Below are positions 9,904 to 21,200 of a DNA stretch of 38,508 bases, in pieces (position 1 is the stretch's first letter; the number at the start of each line of letters is the position of its first letter). This DNA comes from a virus. Lineage: Duplodnaviria > Caudoviricetes. The notes beneath the pieces are model-generated. The model did no database searches, had not been told where the DNA came from, and saw only the letters and a program-made list of their open reading frames with translations. The stretch covers positions 1-38,508 of the IMG/VR virus record IMGVR_UViG_3300035204_002039. One strand, given 5' to 3'. The translations under genes were made by a program, and so were the position numbers.

Positions 9904-9911
9904 TATAAATA
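9904..9911 (+). promoter_or_regulatory. T4-type late promoter (gp55-dependent) for gp25
   Basis: Exact TATAAATA in the intergenic region, 5 nt before ATG 9917. Confidence 0.85.
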
Positions 9912-9916
9912 AACAT

Positions 9917-10402
9917 ATGGCTACGAATTCAACACAAGAAGATTATACTTTTCCCAATGAAGATACGCCTCGGCATCTTACCCCCGAGGAGGCACATAGA
10001 CATGCATTGTCTTTAATGCATCAACCTAGGGATTTAAGTATGCAGTTTCTTCAAAACCCCAATACAGGAGATGCTTCTGTAAAATCAGGATCTAATGCAG
10101 TAAAAGAGCAATTAAAATCTTTAATTTTAACTAAAAAATTTGAGAGACCATTTCAACCTGGAATTGGTTCAAATATAATGGACTTATTATTTGAACCAGG
10201 TGATATAATTACTGAAAAATTAATTGAAGATGAAATTAGATCAGTAGTGGAAAATTATCAGGAGAATGTGGATATATTGGACGTAATTGTTAATAGCGAA
10301 AGAGAAGGAGAAGGTTATCGTATAAAAATAATTTTTTCAATTGCTAATGAATCTGAACCGGTAACATTTACAACATTTTTATCAAAAACAAGAGGTGCTT
10401 AA
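9917..10402 (+). CDS. gp25: Baseplate wedge subunit gp25
   Basis: AVKEQLKSLILTKKFERPFQPGIGSNIMDLLFEP motif. Directly upstream of gp6. Confidence 0.92.
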   Translation: MATNSTQEDYTFPNEDTPRHLTPEEAHRHALSLMHQPRDLSMQFLQNPNTGDASVKSGSNAVKEQLKSLILTKKFERPFQPGIGSNIMDLLFEPGDIITEKLIEDEIRSVVENYQENVDILDVIVNSEREGEGYRIKIIFSIANESEPVTFTTFLSKTRGA

Positions 10403-12268
10403 ATGACAGAAGCTACGAAATTAAGAGTTTCAGAATTAGACTTTGATCAAATAAAAAACAATTTTAAAAGTTTTCTTAAAGAACAAGATATTTTTAGAGA
10501 TTATAATATGGATGGTTCTGTTATTTCTCAATTGTTAGACATTTTAGCATATAATACTCATTATAATGCTTTTTATTTAAACATGATAGCAAATGAAATG
10601 TTTATTGATTCTGCAACTACTAGAAATGCTATAATATCTTTATCTAAATTATTGGGATATACTCCAAAATCAAGAACAGGTGCAAAGGCAAATGTAAATA
10701 TATCAATAACACCTGATGATGCTCCCGCAAATATTACTGTAGCAAAAAATACATTATTTAATTCTGTTATAGAAGGAGTTAATTATTCTTTTGTTACTGA
10801 TAAATCATATTCGACAACTGCAAATTCTGATAATTCAACAGTTACTATTTCAAACGTTTCGCTGATTCAAGGAGATCCTTTAACCTATAGATATACTGCT
10901 AATACAAAAGATTCTTCACAAAGATTTAGTATTCCTAATAGAGGAGTTGATCATTCAACAATTTCAGTTTCTATTAAAGAAAATTCTTTTACTACAGAAT
11001 TATCACCCTATACTATGGCAACCGATTTACTTGAAGTCAATTCAACATCAAATGTATTTTTTATAGAAGAAGGATCGGATTTTAAGACAGAGATAAAATT
11101 TGGAGATGGAGTTTTAGGAAGAAATTTAAAATCTGGAAATATTGTTATTATAGATTATAATATTTCTGAAGGAGTTTTAGGAAATGGTGCAAATAATTTT
11201 ACAGTTGCAACAACTGCTGGAGGATATTCAACTGTTAGTCTTTCAACTAATGGTAAAGCAGAAGGTGGTTCAGATGAAGAAACTATTAATTCTATAAGAT
11301 TTAATGCTCCCAAACACTATAATACACAAAATCGAGCAGTAACAAAAGATGATTATAAGAGAATAATTTTAAGAGATTATCCATTAGCAGAATCAATAGT
11401 TGTATATGGTGGAGAAGAAGCAGATCCTCCAGAATATGGAAAAGTTTTTATTGGTGTAAAACCTAAATCTGGACTTTATTTAACAGATTCAGTAAAAACA
11501 AATATCAAAGATAATATTCTTAAAAAATATAATGTTGCATCTATAACACCAGAATTTGTTGATCTTGATTACATTTATGTTTTGTTAACAACAACTATTA
11601 ATTTTGATTCAAGAAAAACAACAAAAACTTCACAAACATTAAGAAGTAGTATTATAAATTCTATTAACACATATGTTTCTGAGGATCTTTATAAATTTGA
11701 ACAAACCTTTAGATTATCAAAGTTGCAAACAAAAATTGATGAAACTGATACTTCTATTTTAGGTAATGATAGTGCTATTAGATTGAAAAAAATACTTATA
11801 CCCTTATTAAATACAAAATTATCTTATACTTTAAGATACAATAATGCAATTTATCATCCTCATTCTGGTCATGCTCCTGCTTTGTCTTCTACTGTATTTT
11901 CTATAAATGATGAAAAAGATATTTTACAACAAGATTGTAAAATTAAAGATAAAGATGGTGTATTAATAGTTTATAGAACAGACAATGAAGGAAAAGAATG
12001 GACAGTTAGGGAAAATATCGGTTCTATTGATTATATAACTGGAAAAGTAATAATAAATTCTTTTGATCCTGCTTCATATGCAGGCAATGAAATTAGTATA
12101 ACGGCTATACCTGTTTTAGGAGATGTTATATCTTTAAGAGAACAATTGATAACAATTCAAGAAAGTGATGTTAATTTAAAAATGAATGATTCTTCATTAG
12201 TTACAAAACAAGATCAAGTTACAACATCCGAAACCGCAACATCTCAAACTACTGTAGTAAATTATTAA
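10403..12268 (+). CDS. gp6: Baseplate wedge subunit gp6
   Basis: ELDFDQIK..., LLDILAYNTHYNAFY.NM.ANE.FIDSA, FGDGVLG, QNRAVTKDDY, PPEYGKVFI and GSIDYITG motifs. Confidence 0.95.
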   Translation: MTEATKLRVSELDFDQIKNNFKSFLKEQDIFRDYNMDGSVISQLLDILAYNTHYNAFYLNMIANEMFIDSATTRNAIISLSKLLGYTPKSRTGAKANVNISITPDDAPANITVAKNTLFNSVIEGVNYSFVTDKSYSTTANSDNSTVTISNVSLIQGDPLTYRYTANTKDSSQRFSIPNRGVDHSTISVSIKENSFTTELSPYTMATDLLEVNSTSNVFFIEEGSDFKTEIKFGDGVLGRNLKSGNIVIIDYNISEGVLGNGANNFTVATTAGGYSTVSLSTNGKAEGGSDEETINSIRFNAPKHYNTQNRAVTKDDYKRIILRDYPLAESIVVYGGEEADPPEYGKVFIGVKPKSGLYLTDSVKTNIKDNILKKYNVASITPEFVDLDYIYVLLTTTINFDSRKTTKTSQTLRSSIINSINTYVSEDLYKFEQTFRLSKLQTKIDETDTSILGNDSAIRLKKILIPLLNTKLSYTLRYNNAIYHPHSGHAPALSSTVFSINDEKDILQQDCKIKDKDGVLIVYRTDNEGKEWTVRENIGSIDYITGKVIINSFDPASYAGNEISITAIPVLGDVISLREQLITIQESDVNLKMNDSSLVTKQDQVTTSETATSQTTVVNY

Positions 12269-12269
12269 A

Positions 12270-15200
12270 ATGTCAGAATATAATTGGTTAAAAGATACAG
12301 ACAATATAAAATTACAAAATAAGATATCACATTTAGTTGAGAATCAGTTACCTGAATTTTATAAAACTGAAGGAATAAATTTTGCCGAGTTTTTAAAATT
12401 TTATTATAAATGGATGGAATCACATGAATTAACTATTTCAAAGGTGACTCAAGACGAATATCATGTTATGTTAGAAAGTGAGCAGGGGGGATTTATTTTA
12501 GAAACAGGATCGGATCTTATATTAGAAAGTGATAGAACAAATGAAAGTGCTTATGAAAAAGATGAAATTATAACAGGAGTAACTTCAGGTGCAACTGGTG
12601 TTGTTGATAGAAACACAAATACAGCATCGAGTAAAATTTATGTAACCGAAGTAACAAAAACAGATTTTGAAGTAGGGGAATTAATTATAGGCACAAATAA
12701 TCGTACACTTGGTACTGTAGTTAGTTTTCAAAAAAATCCTATTTTTGCATCAAGAACATTATTAAAATCAAGAGATGTTGATAGTACTACATCATCTATA
12801 TTAGATAATTTTACTGGAGAATTTTTGACAAATTTTCCAGTAAATTTAAGTGCAGATAAATCACTTCTAATAAAACATATATCTGATATTTACAGAGCAA
12901 AAGGAACAAGTACTTCATATGATTTTTTATTTAAATCATTATATGATATACAAAATCTTAATTATTATACCCCAAAAATAGATTTACTTAAACCGTCTTC
13001 TGGTAATTGGCAACAAGATCAATCTATCAGAATTATTACAGATGATCCTGCATCTTCATTTGAAAGCCATTCTGTTACAGGAAGTCAATCAAAAGCAACT
13101 GGAATTGTAAATCGTATTGAACAATTTGCGGCCGGAATTTTTGATATAACAGAATTATTTTTAACAGAAATTGAAGGAACATTTATTGTAGGAGAATCAA
13201 TTGTTTCAAATGAAGTTGACGGAGTATCTGGTAGTGGAATAGCACAAGGATTGATATCTGAAATTGTTATTTCCAATCCTGGTTCTGATTATAAAATAAA
13301 TGATAAACTTACTTTTTCTGGTGGAGGGGGCGTTGAAGCAAAAGCGAAAATAACAGATATTGGATCTGGTGCGTTAACTCGATTTACTGTATTTGATGGT
13401 GGAGATGGATATCTTGAGGATAAAGAATTAACAGTAAATAATTTTGCTACGTTGGGAACTGGATTTACTGGAAAAATTAAAGATGTAATTGATACTTTTA
13501 CATTTTCAAAAAATGAAGATATAATAGGAAATTTTACTACAGTTCTATTTAATGATTCTACATATGAATTAAGTGGTGATATAACAGCAAATAGTGAAAA
13601 TAGATTAATTGATGCATTAGGTTTTTCAAAATTGGATGCTGGACATATTTCTACTGTAGAAACAACTTCAGGCGGAAGTGGTTATCGAGCTATTCCTAAA
13701 ATAACAGTTACAGAACCAACAACTGAAGACTTTGATGAAAATTCTGTTCAAATTTTGAACTTAAACCCCGATCCTGATGAACTTGCTACAACAAATGCGA
13801 TTTCAGATTTTTTTGATCCTGGTGAAAAACTAACTTCAAATAGCGGTAATAAAATAGGAACATTTTTTGGTACTGTAAAAACAGACGATAATCTTTTAGA
13901 TCCTTCTAGAATAAGAGTAAAAACTATAAAATTTTTAGATGCGGATGTAACTCAAAAAATTCCAGTCGCACAAAGAAATGATTTGATTGTTAATAATTCT
14001 TCTTATTTGTCAACTACAAAACCATCAGTATATCATGTACAATTTGTTTCTGGTGGTACGGGATCAGTAAATACTATAAAATATAAACGAGGAATTGATG
14101 CAAGAGAAGATTTTAATAGTGCAAATAATATTGGAAATATAGATTTTTATCCAACATCGGCGCCTTATATAGAAGTAACGGGTGGTTATCAGACATTAAG
14201 TTTTGGTATTACATCACTTACAAGCGTTAGCACAACTGCAACTGCAACCACATATGGAAAACATGGATTAGAAGATGGACAGACACTTGTCATAGCTGGA
14301 GCAACTCAAACTGAATATAATGGAAGTGTAACAATTTCTGTGGCAAGTACAACTACTTTTTCATATACCTTTGCTGGTTCTGCTACATCTCCTGCTACAG
14401 GAACAATAACATATAATGAAAATGTCTCTGCAAAATTTACATTACCTTTTGGACATACTACTGATGATGAATATGCTTTTTCTACTATTGATTTTGTTTC
14501 GGGAGAAGTTATTACTGGTGCTAATTCTGGTGCTACGGCAACTGTAAATACTGGTGTTGCTTTTTCTGCCGGAGGAGATTTAGGAAATAATGCAATTATT
14601 GGAGTAGCTTCAGGAGATGCTGGCTCTGGTTCAATTGTATCTATAGAAATTCAAGATCCAGGAGTAGGATTTACATCTGCTCCTACAATAACAATGCCAG
14701 GCCTTGGTGCAGAAAATGCAAATTTAGTCGCAAAAATTGGTGCATTGAGATCAGAAACAGGATTTTATCTTGATGAAGATGGACAATTGAGTTCTAGTAA
14801 AAAACTTATTGATAGTGATTTTTATCAAGATTATTCTTATTCATTAATTGCTAATAAACAACTTAATGATTATCAAGAAATTATTTTTAAATTATTACAT
14901 CCTGTAGGAACAAAACTTTTCGGAGAATTTACTCCGGATCCTGCTGAATTAAATATGGGATTTGATAGTAGAATAAAATTTGAAGATGGTGATCTAGCAT
15001 TAAAGGAAGATGGTGATGATCTTTTAATGGAGGATCAGACAAATCCAAAACATGAAGTAGTATTTAATAATAATCAAAATTTAGGAACGGGAACTATTAC
15101 TTTAACAGGTAACTCTGATGTATTATTAGGAGATACTACAGATTTTTCAGCAACGTATGGTGAAGGAGACCATATAGTTGTTGATGATGAACAGTCTTTT

Positions 15201-16487
15201 GAAGTTTCTTACGGTGAATTGAGATTAGAAAATTATTTAGCGGGTACAATAACATCATCCTCATCAAATGTTATTTCTATTATAGGTTTAGGTAATACTT
15301 ATCCTAAGACTACAACTGTGCCTAATGATTTTAGTGGTAATGCTAATTTTGTTGCAAATAGCGTAGTTACGCAAATAAGTGCTACGACAGGTGAAAGAGT
15401 AACTGGTATTGTTCTTAGACACGAATTAGATGATTCAAATAATAATACATTAATTTTGCATTCATGTAATGGAATATTTGATGTTTCAAGTAATGCAAAT
15501 TCTACAGTTGGAAATAATTCAGTAATTGATATAGACACATATAATATTATTTTAGAGGGGGGTTCTCCATATATTTATGATGAAGATGGGAGAATAATTG
15601 GCAATGCTGATTTGGATGGTTCTCTTGTATCACAAGAAGACGGAACATCAATTATTGCTTTAGAAAATAGTATATATCAGAATAATGAGTCTATCACAAC
15701 CGCAACATTTCAATATGTAAAATCAAATGTAATTTTTGGTGTTGCAACAGATTTTCAATCAGATTTTAGAATAAATGATAGAATTAAAGCACAGTCAACT
15801 AAACAAGATACAAAAATACTTGAAATAATTAATTCAACATGTTTAATAGGAAATACTTCAATAAGCACGGATACAGATTTTAATATAATTTTAGAGAATT
15901 ATACACCAGGTTATCCAGGAAATTTCATTGCAGAAAATAGTGATAATATTATTTTAAATAATATTGATCCTAATGCAGTTAAATTTGATAATGAAGATAT
16001 ACAATTTTATAATTTACTTGAAGCAAATGTAAGAGGAACAACTACTGCAAATGGTATATACACAGGAAATACTTCTTTAATAGGAATAGGTTCTTCTTTC
16101 GATGAAGATTTATTAGTAAATGATGTTATTTCATTATCTTCTAATACATCTTCAAAAGCAACAATTTTAACAATAGTAGATCAAACTTTAACTTTAAATA
16201 CAGCATTGGGCGATGGAACAGAGGGTCAAACTATAATTTTGCATACTCATAGAAATTTAGATTTAGAAAGAAGTGCAACCACTATAACCCTATCAACTCC
16301 TTATGATGCTTCAAATAATTTTATGAATTTAACAGTTAATTCTATTGCTACAGGATTGCTACTTCTTGAAGATGGAATTGGTACTGCTAATGCGGGATAT
16401 GTTGGAAACACTTCAACTGAAGGAAGTTTTAAATTTGAAATATTATCATCATTTAATAATCAAGTACCTAAATTTATACAAACATAA
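12270..16487 (+). CDS. gp7: Baseplate wedge initiator, gp7-like, with long insertions and a C-terminal extension
   Basis: LVENQLPEF..EFLKFYYKWME, LIKHISDIYRAKGT, DSDFYQDYSYSL..LLHPVGTKLFGE. Lies between gp6 and gp8. Confidence 0.8.
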   Translation: MSEYNWLKDTDNIKLQNKISHLVENQLPEFYKTEGINFAEFLKFYYKWMESHELTISKVTQDEYHVMLESEQGGFILETGSDLILESDRTNESAYEKDEIITGVTSGATGVVDRNTNTASSKIYVTEVTKTDFEVGELIIGTNNRTLGTVVSFQKNPIFASRTLLKSRDVDSTTSSILDNFTGEFLTNFPVNLSADKSLLIKHISDIYRAKGTSTSYDFLFKSLYDIQNLNYYTPKIDLLKPSSGNWQQDQSIRIITDDPASSFESHSVTGSQSKATGIVNRIEQFAAGIFDITELFLTEIEGTFIVGESIVSNEVDGVSGSGIAQGLISEIVISNPGSDYKINDKLTFSGGGGVEAKAKITDIGSGALTRFTVFDGGDGYLEDKELTVNNFATLGTGFTGKIKDVIDTFTFSKNEDIIGNFTTVLFNDSTYELSGDITANSENRLIDALGFSKLDAGHISTVETTSGGSGYRAIPKITVTEPTTEDFDENSVQILNLNPDPDELATTNAISDFFDPGEKLTSNSGNKIGTFFGTVKTDDNLLDPSRIRVKTIKFLDADVTQKIPVAQRNDLIVNNSSYLSTTKPSVYHVQFVSGGTGSVNTIKYKRGIDAREDFNSANNIGNIDFYPTSAPYIEVTGGYQTLSFGITSLTSVSTTATATTYGKHGLEDGQTLVIAGATQTEYNGSVTISVASTTTFSYTFAGSATSPATGTITYNENVSAKFTLPFGHTTDDEYAFSTIDFVSGEVITGANSGATATVNTGVAFSAGGDLGNNAIIGVASGDAGSGSIVSIEIQDPGVGFTSAPTITMPGLGAENANLVAKIGALRSETGFYLDEDGQLSSSKKLIDSDFYQDYSYSLIANKQLNDYQEIIFKLLHPVGTKLFGEFTPDPAELNMGFDSRIKFEDGDLALKEDGDDLLMEDQTNPKHEVVFNNNQNLGTGTITLTGNSDVLLGDTTDFSATYGEGDHIVVDDEQSFEVSYGELRLENYLAGTITSSSSNVISIIGLGNTYPKTTTVPNDFSGNANFVANSVVTQISATTGERVTGIVLRHELDDSNNNTLILHSCNGIFDVSSNANSTVGNNSVIDIDTYNIILEGGSPYIYDEDGRIIGNADLDGSLVSQEDGTSIIALENSIYQNNESITTATFQYVKSNVIFGVATDFQSDFRINDRIKAQSTKQDTKILEIINSTCLIGNTSISTDTDFNIILENYTPGYPGNFIAENSDNIILNNIDPNAVKFDNEDIQFYNLLEANVRGTTTANGIYTGNTSLIGIGSSFDEDLLVNDVISLSSNTSSKATILTIVDQTLTLNTALGDGTEGQTIILHTHRNLDLERSATTITLSTPYDASNNFMNLTVNSIATGLLLLEDGIGTANAGYVGNTSTEGSFKFEILSSFNNQVPKFIQT

Positions 16488-16501
16488 AAATATTTTATTA
16501 A

Positions 16502-16509
16502 TATAAATA
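16502..16509 (+). promoter_or_regulatory. T4-type late promoter for gp8
   Basis: Exact TATAAATA, 5 nt before ATG 16515. Confidence 0.85.
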
Positions 16510-16514
16510 AAGAT

Positions 16515-18296
16515 ATGGCTAGACTGGTAACGACAAAATTTAAAATACATAACGCAGAGCAATTTATTGAATCTCTTAGCGAAACTTCAGCAACAAATTT
16601 ATATTTGTTTATTGGAAAAGTTCAAGAATGGGATGATGAAAATACTCCCCCTATGCCGAATGAAGCCGTAGCTAATACTTTGTATAGTTATTGGGATCAA
16701 ATGGTTGCCACAAAAAAGGTTACTTCTGCAGATGTTAAACATGTTATTACAAGAAGAAATTGGGAATCGAATACTACATATACTGCTTATTCTCATAGGA
16801 ATCCAGATCAGTTAGCAAATAATTTTTATGTTGTTACAGAAGATTTTAATGTATATAAATGTTTACAGAATAATTTGTCAAATGGGACTTCAACAATTAA
16901 TCCAACTGGTACAGGTACTGCAGTTATTGAAGTAGATGATGGTTATAAGTGGAAATATATGTATACAATTACATCTCAAGATACTTTAAAATTTACAACA
17001 TCTGAATATATTCCTGTACAAAAAAGCGTAGATTCTAGACAGATTGCAGTTGAAGATGCCGCTACTGATGGACAAATAGACATTATTAATAAAACATCAA
17101 ATGGAGATTTTAAAGTTGAATTTACGGCTGGTCCTAAAAATGCTATTGGTGATTCTCAAGATTTTATTTCTAGTGAAATCTTAATAGGCCAAACATCAAA
17201 TAGTTATGGAACACTTGTTAGTTTTACTTCTGGTGCTAATAATTTAACTTATTCTCCCAGTACAGGAAATACAAAATTTGTTGATGGTGAAGTTGTTTTG
17301 GGAGAAACATCTAATGCAAGAGCAACAATTTCTGCTACTCCAATATCAACATATGAATTTGATACAGGACTTTTTGCAAGTGTAACTAATTCTACTGTAA
17401 TGCAATTATCTACAAGTGCAAATAATACTGTGGATGATTTATATGTAAATTCAACAGTTTTTGTGGTAAATAATGCAGGGCAGGGAGAACAAACTACAAT
17501 TACACAATATGATGCTGTAACTAGACAAATAACTGTAGATCCTGCTTTCTCTATTACACCAGCCACTGTTTCTGGTTATGAAGTATCTCCATCAATTACA
17601 ATAAATGGAGATGGAACTGCTTTTAAAGGAAGAACGAGAGGAAATTCATCTCATGGGGTAACAGAAGTAACTATAACAGAAAGAGGATCGCTTTACACTA
17701 TAGCATCTCCATCTATTTTTGCTAATTCTTCTCATGGTACAGGTGCAAATTCTGAAGTTATTATTGGACCTGTAGGAGGACATGGTAAACATGCTATTGA
17801 GGAATTGGGTGGAAATAGAGTTATGGTTGATTCTCGTATTTCGGGAAATGAATCGGGAATATTTACAACATCTAATGATTTTAGACAAGTAGGATTATTA
17901 AGAGATCCTTTACAAACTGCAAATACTCTTGCATTTTTTACAGAATCTTTATCAGATCAATCTACAACTTTAACACTTGGGGGTATTCAAGGTTCTTTTC
18001 AATCAGATGAAAAAGTTTATACGGGAACATCTTTAGCAAATAGTACTGCCAATGGAGTTGTTGTAGATTTTCTAAATAATAAGACACTAAGAATAAATGA
18101 AGTCAAAGGTACTTTTCAAGATAGTAATGTGGTGACTGGATCAAATTCAAGTTCAACTGGAACAATCTCTGCAAATGGTGTTACTCAACCAGGAATGAAA
18201 CCTTATAGTGGTGATGTACTTTATATTGAAAATAGAGAAAAAATTACTAGATTACCGAATCAAGTAGAAGACTTTAAGATTGTATTGGAGTTTTAA
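16515..18296 (+). CDS. gp8: Baseplate wedge subunit gp8
   Basis: LYLFIGK..W, FYVVTEDFNVYKCL.N, DGYKWKYMYTI, GGHG..A.EELG, DFRQVGLLRDP and SGDVLYIENR..EDFKIVLEF motifs. Confidence 0.92.
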   Translation: MARLVTTKFKIHNAEQFIESLSETSATNLYLFIGKVQEWDDENTPPMPNEAVANTLYSYWDQMVATKKVTSADVKHVITRRNWESNTTYTAYSHRNPDQLANNFYVVTEDFNVYKCLQNNLSNGTSTINPTGTGTAVIEVDDGYKWKYMYTITSQDTLKFTTSEYIPVQKSVDSRQIAVEDAATDGQIDIINKTSNGDFKVEFTAGPKNAIGDSQDFISSEILIGQTSNSYGTLVSFTSGANNLTYSPSTGNTKFVDGEVVLGETSNARATISATPISTYEFDTGLFASVTNSTVMQLSTSANNTVDDLYVNSTVFVVNNAGQGEQTTITQYDAVTRQITVDPAFSITPATVSGYEVSPSITINGDGTAFKGRTRGNSSHGVTEVTITERGSLYTIASPSIFANSSHGTGANSEVIIGPVGGHGKHAIEELGGNRVMVDSRISGNESGIFTTSNDFRQVGLLRDPLQTANTLAFFTESLSDQSTTLTLGGIQGSFQSDEKVYTGTSLANSTANGVVVDFLNNKTLRINEVKGTFQDSNVVTGSNSSSTGTISANGVTQPGMKPYSGDVLYIENREKITRLPNQVEDFKIVLEF

Positions 18297-18299
18297 CAA

Positions 18300-21200
18300 A
18301 TGCCTAAATTAACACAAGATTTTAATATATCACCTTATTATGATGATTTTAATGAAGCAAATAAATTTTATAAGGTTTTATATCGTCCTGGATATTCTGT
18401 TCAGGCAAGAGAATTAAATCAGATACAATCTATTCTTCAAAATCAATTAGAAAAAACAGGAGATACCCTCTATCAAGATGGCTCTAAAGTTTTAGGAGCA
18501 GAATTAATTTTAAACAATAAGATTAATTCTTTAAAATTAAAACCAACTTATTCTGATATTGCAATTACTTCATCAAATTTTGATAGTAGAATTATTCAAG
18601 GACAAACATCTGGAGCAAAAGCAGAAGTTGTAACAAGTAAAGGATTTACTACTGATAATTTAGATATTTTGATGATAAATTATGTTGATGATACTAAATT
18701 TTTAGATAATGAAATAATTAATACTATTGATACGGGAACAACATATTTTGCAAGTGTTGCTGGAGAAGCCGATGGACTAACAGGAGCAACTACATCAACA
18801 TCTTTAGCTTCTGGTTTGGGTTCTCTAGTTAGTATTAATGAAGGATTATTTTATGTTGGTGGATATTTTGTTCATGTTTCTCCTCAAAATCTTATTTTAG
18901 ATACTGAAAATAATAATCCTACTTCAAGAATAGGATTATCAATTACAGAAACTATCATTTCAAGTATTGAAGATTCTACACTTCTAGATAACGCAATAGG
19001 AACTCCTAATTATTCTGCTCCTGGAGCAAATAGATATAAAATTGAATTAACATTATCAACAAAGACTTATTTTGAATCTGGTAAACTAATAGCATCATCT
19101 GGTCTTACTTTTTCTGTAAATACAAAAGATAATAGATCAGGAATAGTAAGTATTACAACAACTACTGACCATAACTTATCTGTGGGCGATGTCATAGTGG
19201 TAGCTGGTGCTACTGAAACAGAATATAATGGAAAATATACAATTTCAGCAGTTGGATCTACTACAGAATTTTCTTATCTAATACAAGGTAAACCATCAAC
19301 ACCTGCATCTGGAACACCTGGATATATAACAGGAGTAACTGATCCAATCGCTAAAAATGCGGATTCTGATTTTATTGAGTTATTAAGATTAGAAAATGGT
19401 GAAAAGATTGAAGAAGTAAAATTTCCTATTATGGGAAATATAGAAAAAACTTTAGCAAGACGAACATTTGATGCTTCCGGAGATTTTACAGTTAGACCAT
19501 TTTCGCTTGATATTCTCAATCATAAAATACAAGGAACTGCGGGTGACAGAACACTAACAAATACAAGTACGACTGTTACTGCTAATGGTTCAAATTTTAT
19601 AGCAGATGTTAATGTTGGGGATACTATATTCTTTTCAGGAAATACTGCAAAAACTGCTGAAGTTACATCACTATCAAATACTACATCTCTTACATTAACA
19701 ACTGGAACTGCTTTAGGTGATGGAAGTAATAATCAAAAAATAGGTGTTTCTACAAAATTATCTGCAGAATTAAGTCCAGGAAAAGCATATATTAAGGGAT
19801 TTGAACACGAAACTTTAATTCCAACATTTGTAAATTTAAATAAAGCAAGAAGCACAGAATCAGTTACCGCAGAAAAACAGGGAGTTGAATTTGGACCATA
19901 CGTAATTGTATCAGATGTTATTTCTAATACTGCTTTTACCTTAGGAGTAAATTCTGCAACTATTAATTCAACATCTGGAGGAACGGGTGCTGATTTAATG
20001 GATTTGCATATGGTTAAGTGGCCAGCAACCACTCAATGTGAAGGAACGATAACTGCAAATGCTATTGCATATGATTCTGCAGGAGCTATTAAATATGTTG
20101 GTATTGATACTACTTCAGCCGCAACAATAGCAAATACAAAAATAGGAACAGTACGATTAAGACAACTTGATTTTAGAGCAGGAAGAAATTCTGATGTAAT
20201 TTCAGAATATGGACATGGTGCTGATGCAAATGGTACTTATCATAAAAAGTTTCCTATAATATATGATGCTCATTTATTTGATTTTAGATTCCAAAAAACT
20301 GAGGATGATGTAAGTGCCGCTGATGCAAATACATCTCAAATTAGATTATCGACTTCTTCTTTTCCTACAGTCAATTGTTTATATAATGCAACCATAACTG
20401 TTAATACATCTTATTTGGGAGTTAATACTTCTGATACTAGAACTATAATTGTTTGGACAGGTTCTAGTACTTCAGGCACTCCAAGCACTAATTATACTGC
20501 AGTTTTAGATAGTGCATTAACACAACCGACTCAAGGAGATTCTACTTATTCTATAAATTGGGGAGTTAAAGATATTAGTTCTGTTGTTGAAGTGGATTCC
20601 ACAACTATTACTAAAGCAATGAATATTGATATTAGTGGTAGAAATGATTCGACTGAAACTGGAAATACCGTTTTAAATGATAACAATGATGATCAAAGAT
20701 CATTATTATTTCCTTATCAGAACAAAACACTTGCGGGTTTGACAAAAGCAAATTATAAATTTAAAAGGTCATTTACAAAAACTCTTTCTGGTGCTGGAAC
20801 TGGATCCATAACGGCACCAACAGGAGAATTGTTCTATCCAGCAACGGGTGCAGGACAGCTTTCTACGGCTGTAAGAGATAACGATTATTTAGTTTGGTGT
20901 ACAGCAAATGGTGTTGCTTCCTTAAAATATGGAGATTTTATTGAGTTTACTAATACTTCTGGTACTGCCATTGGATCAGAGTTAAGATCACTTGAATTGA
21001 ATGCGACTGGAGATACACTATCTATTGATGTAACAGGAGGAACTTTAGGAGCTTCGGGAGGAATTGATTATACTAATCAACCGATATACATTATTGCTAC
21101 AATGATGTCTGATCCTAGAGAGGCTAATGATTTTGGTGCAACTCTTGATAATGGGGGAATTGGTAAAAAAACTTTAGTAACAGCAAATACTACAGTTGCT

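Noticed and set aside
226-18296. Interpretation as a bacterial eCIS/T6SS/tailocin locus
   Set aside because: Terminase, portal, neck genes and T4 late promoters show that this is a genuine T4-like phage.
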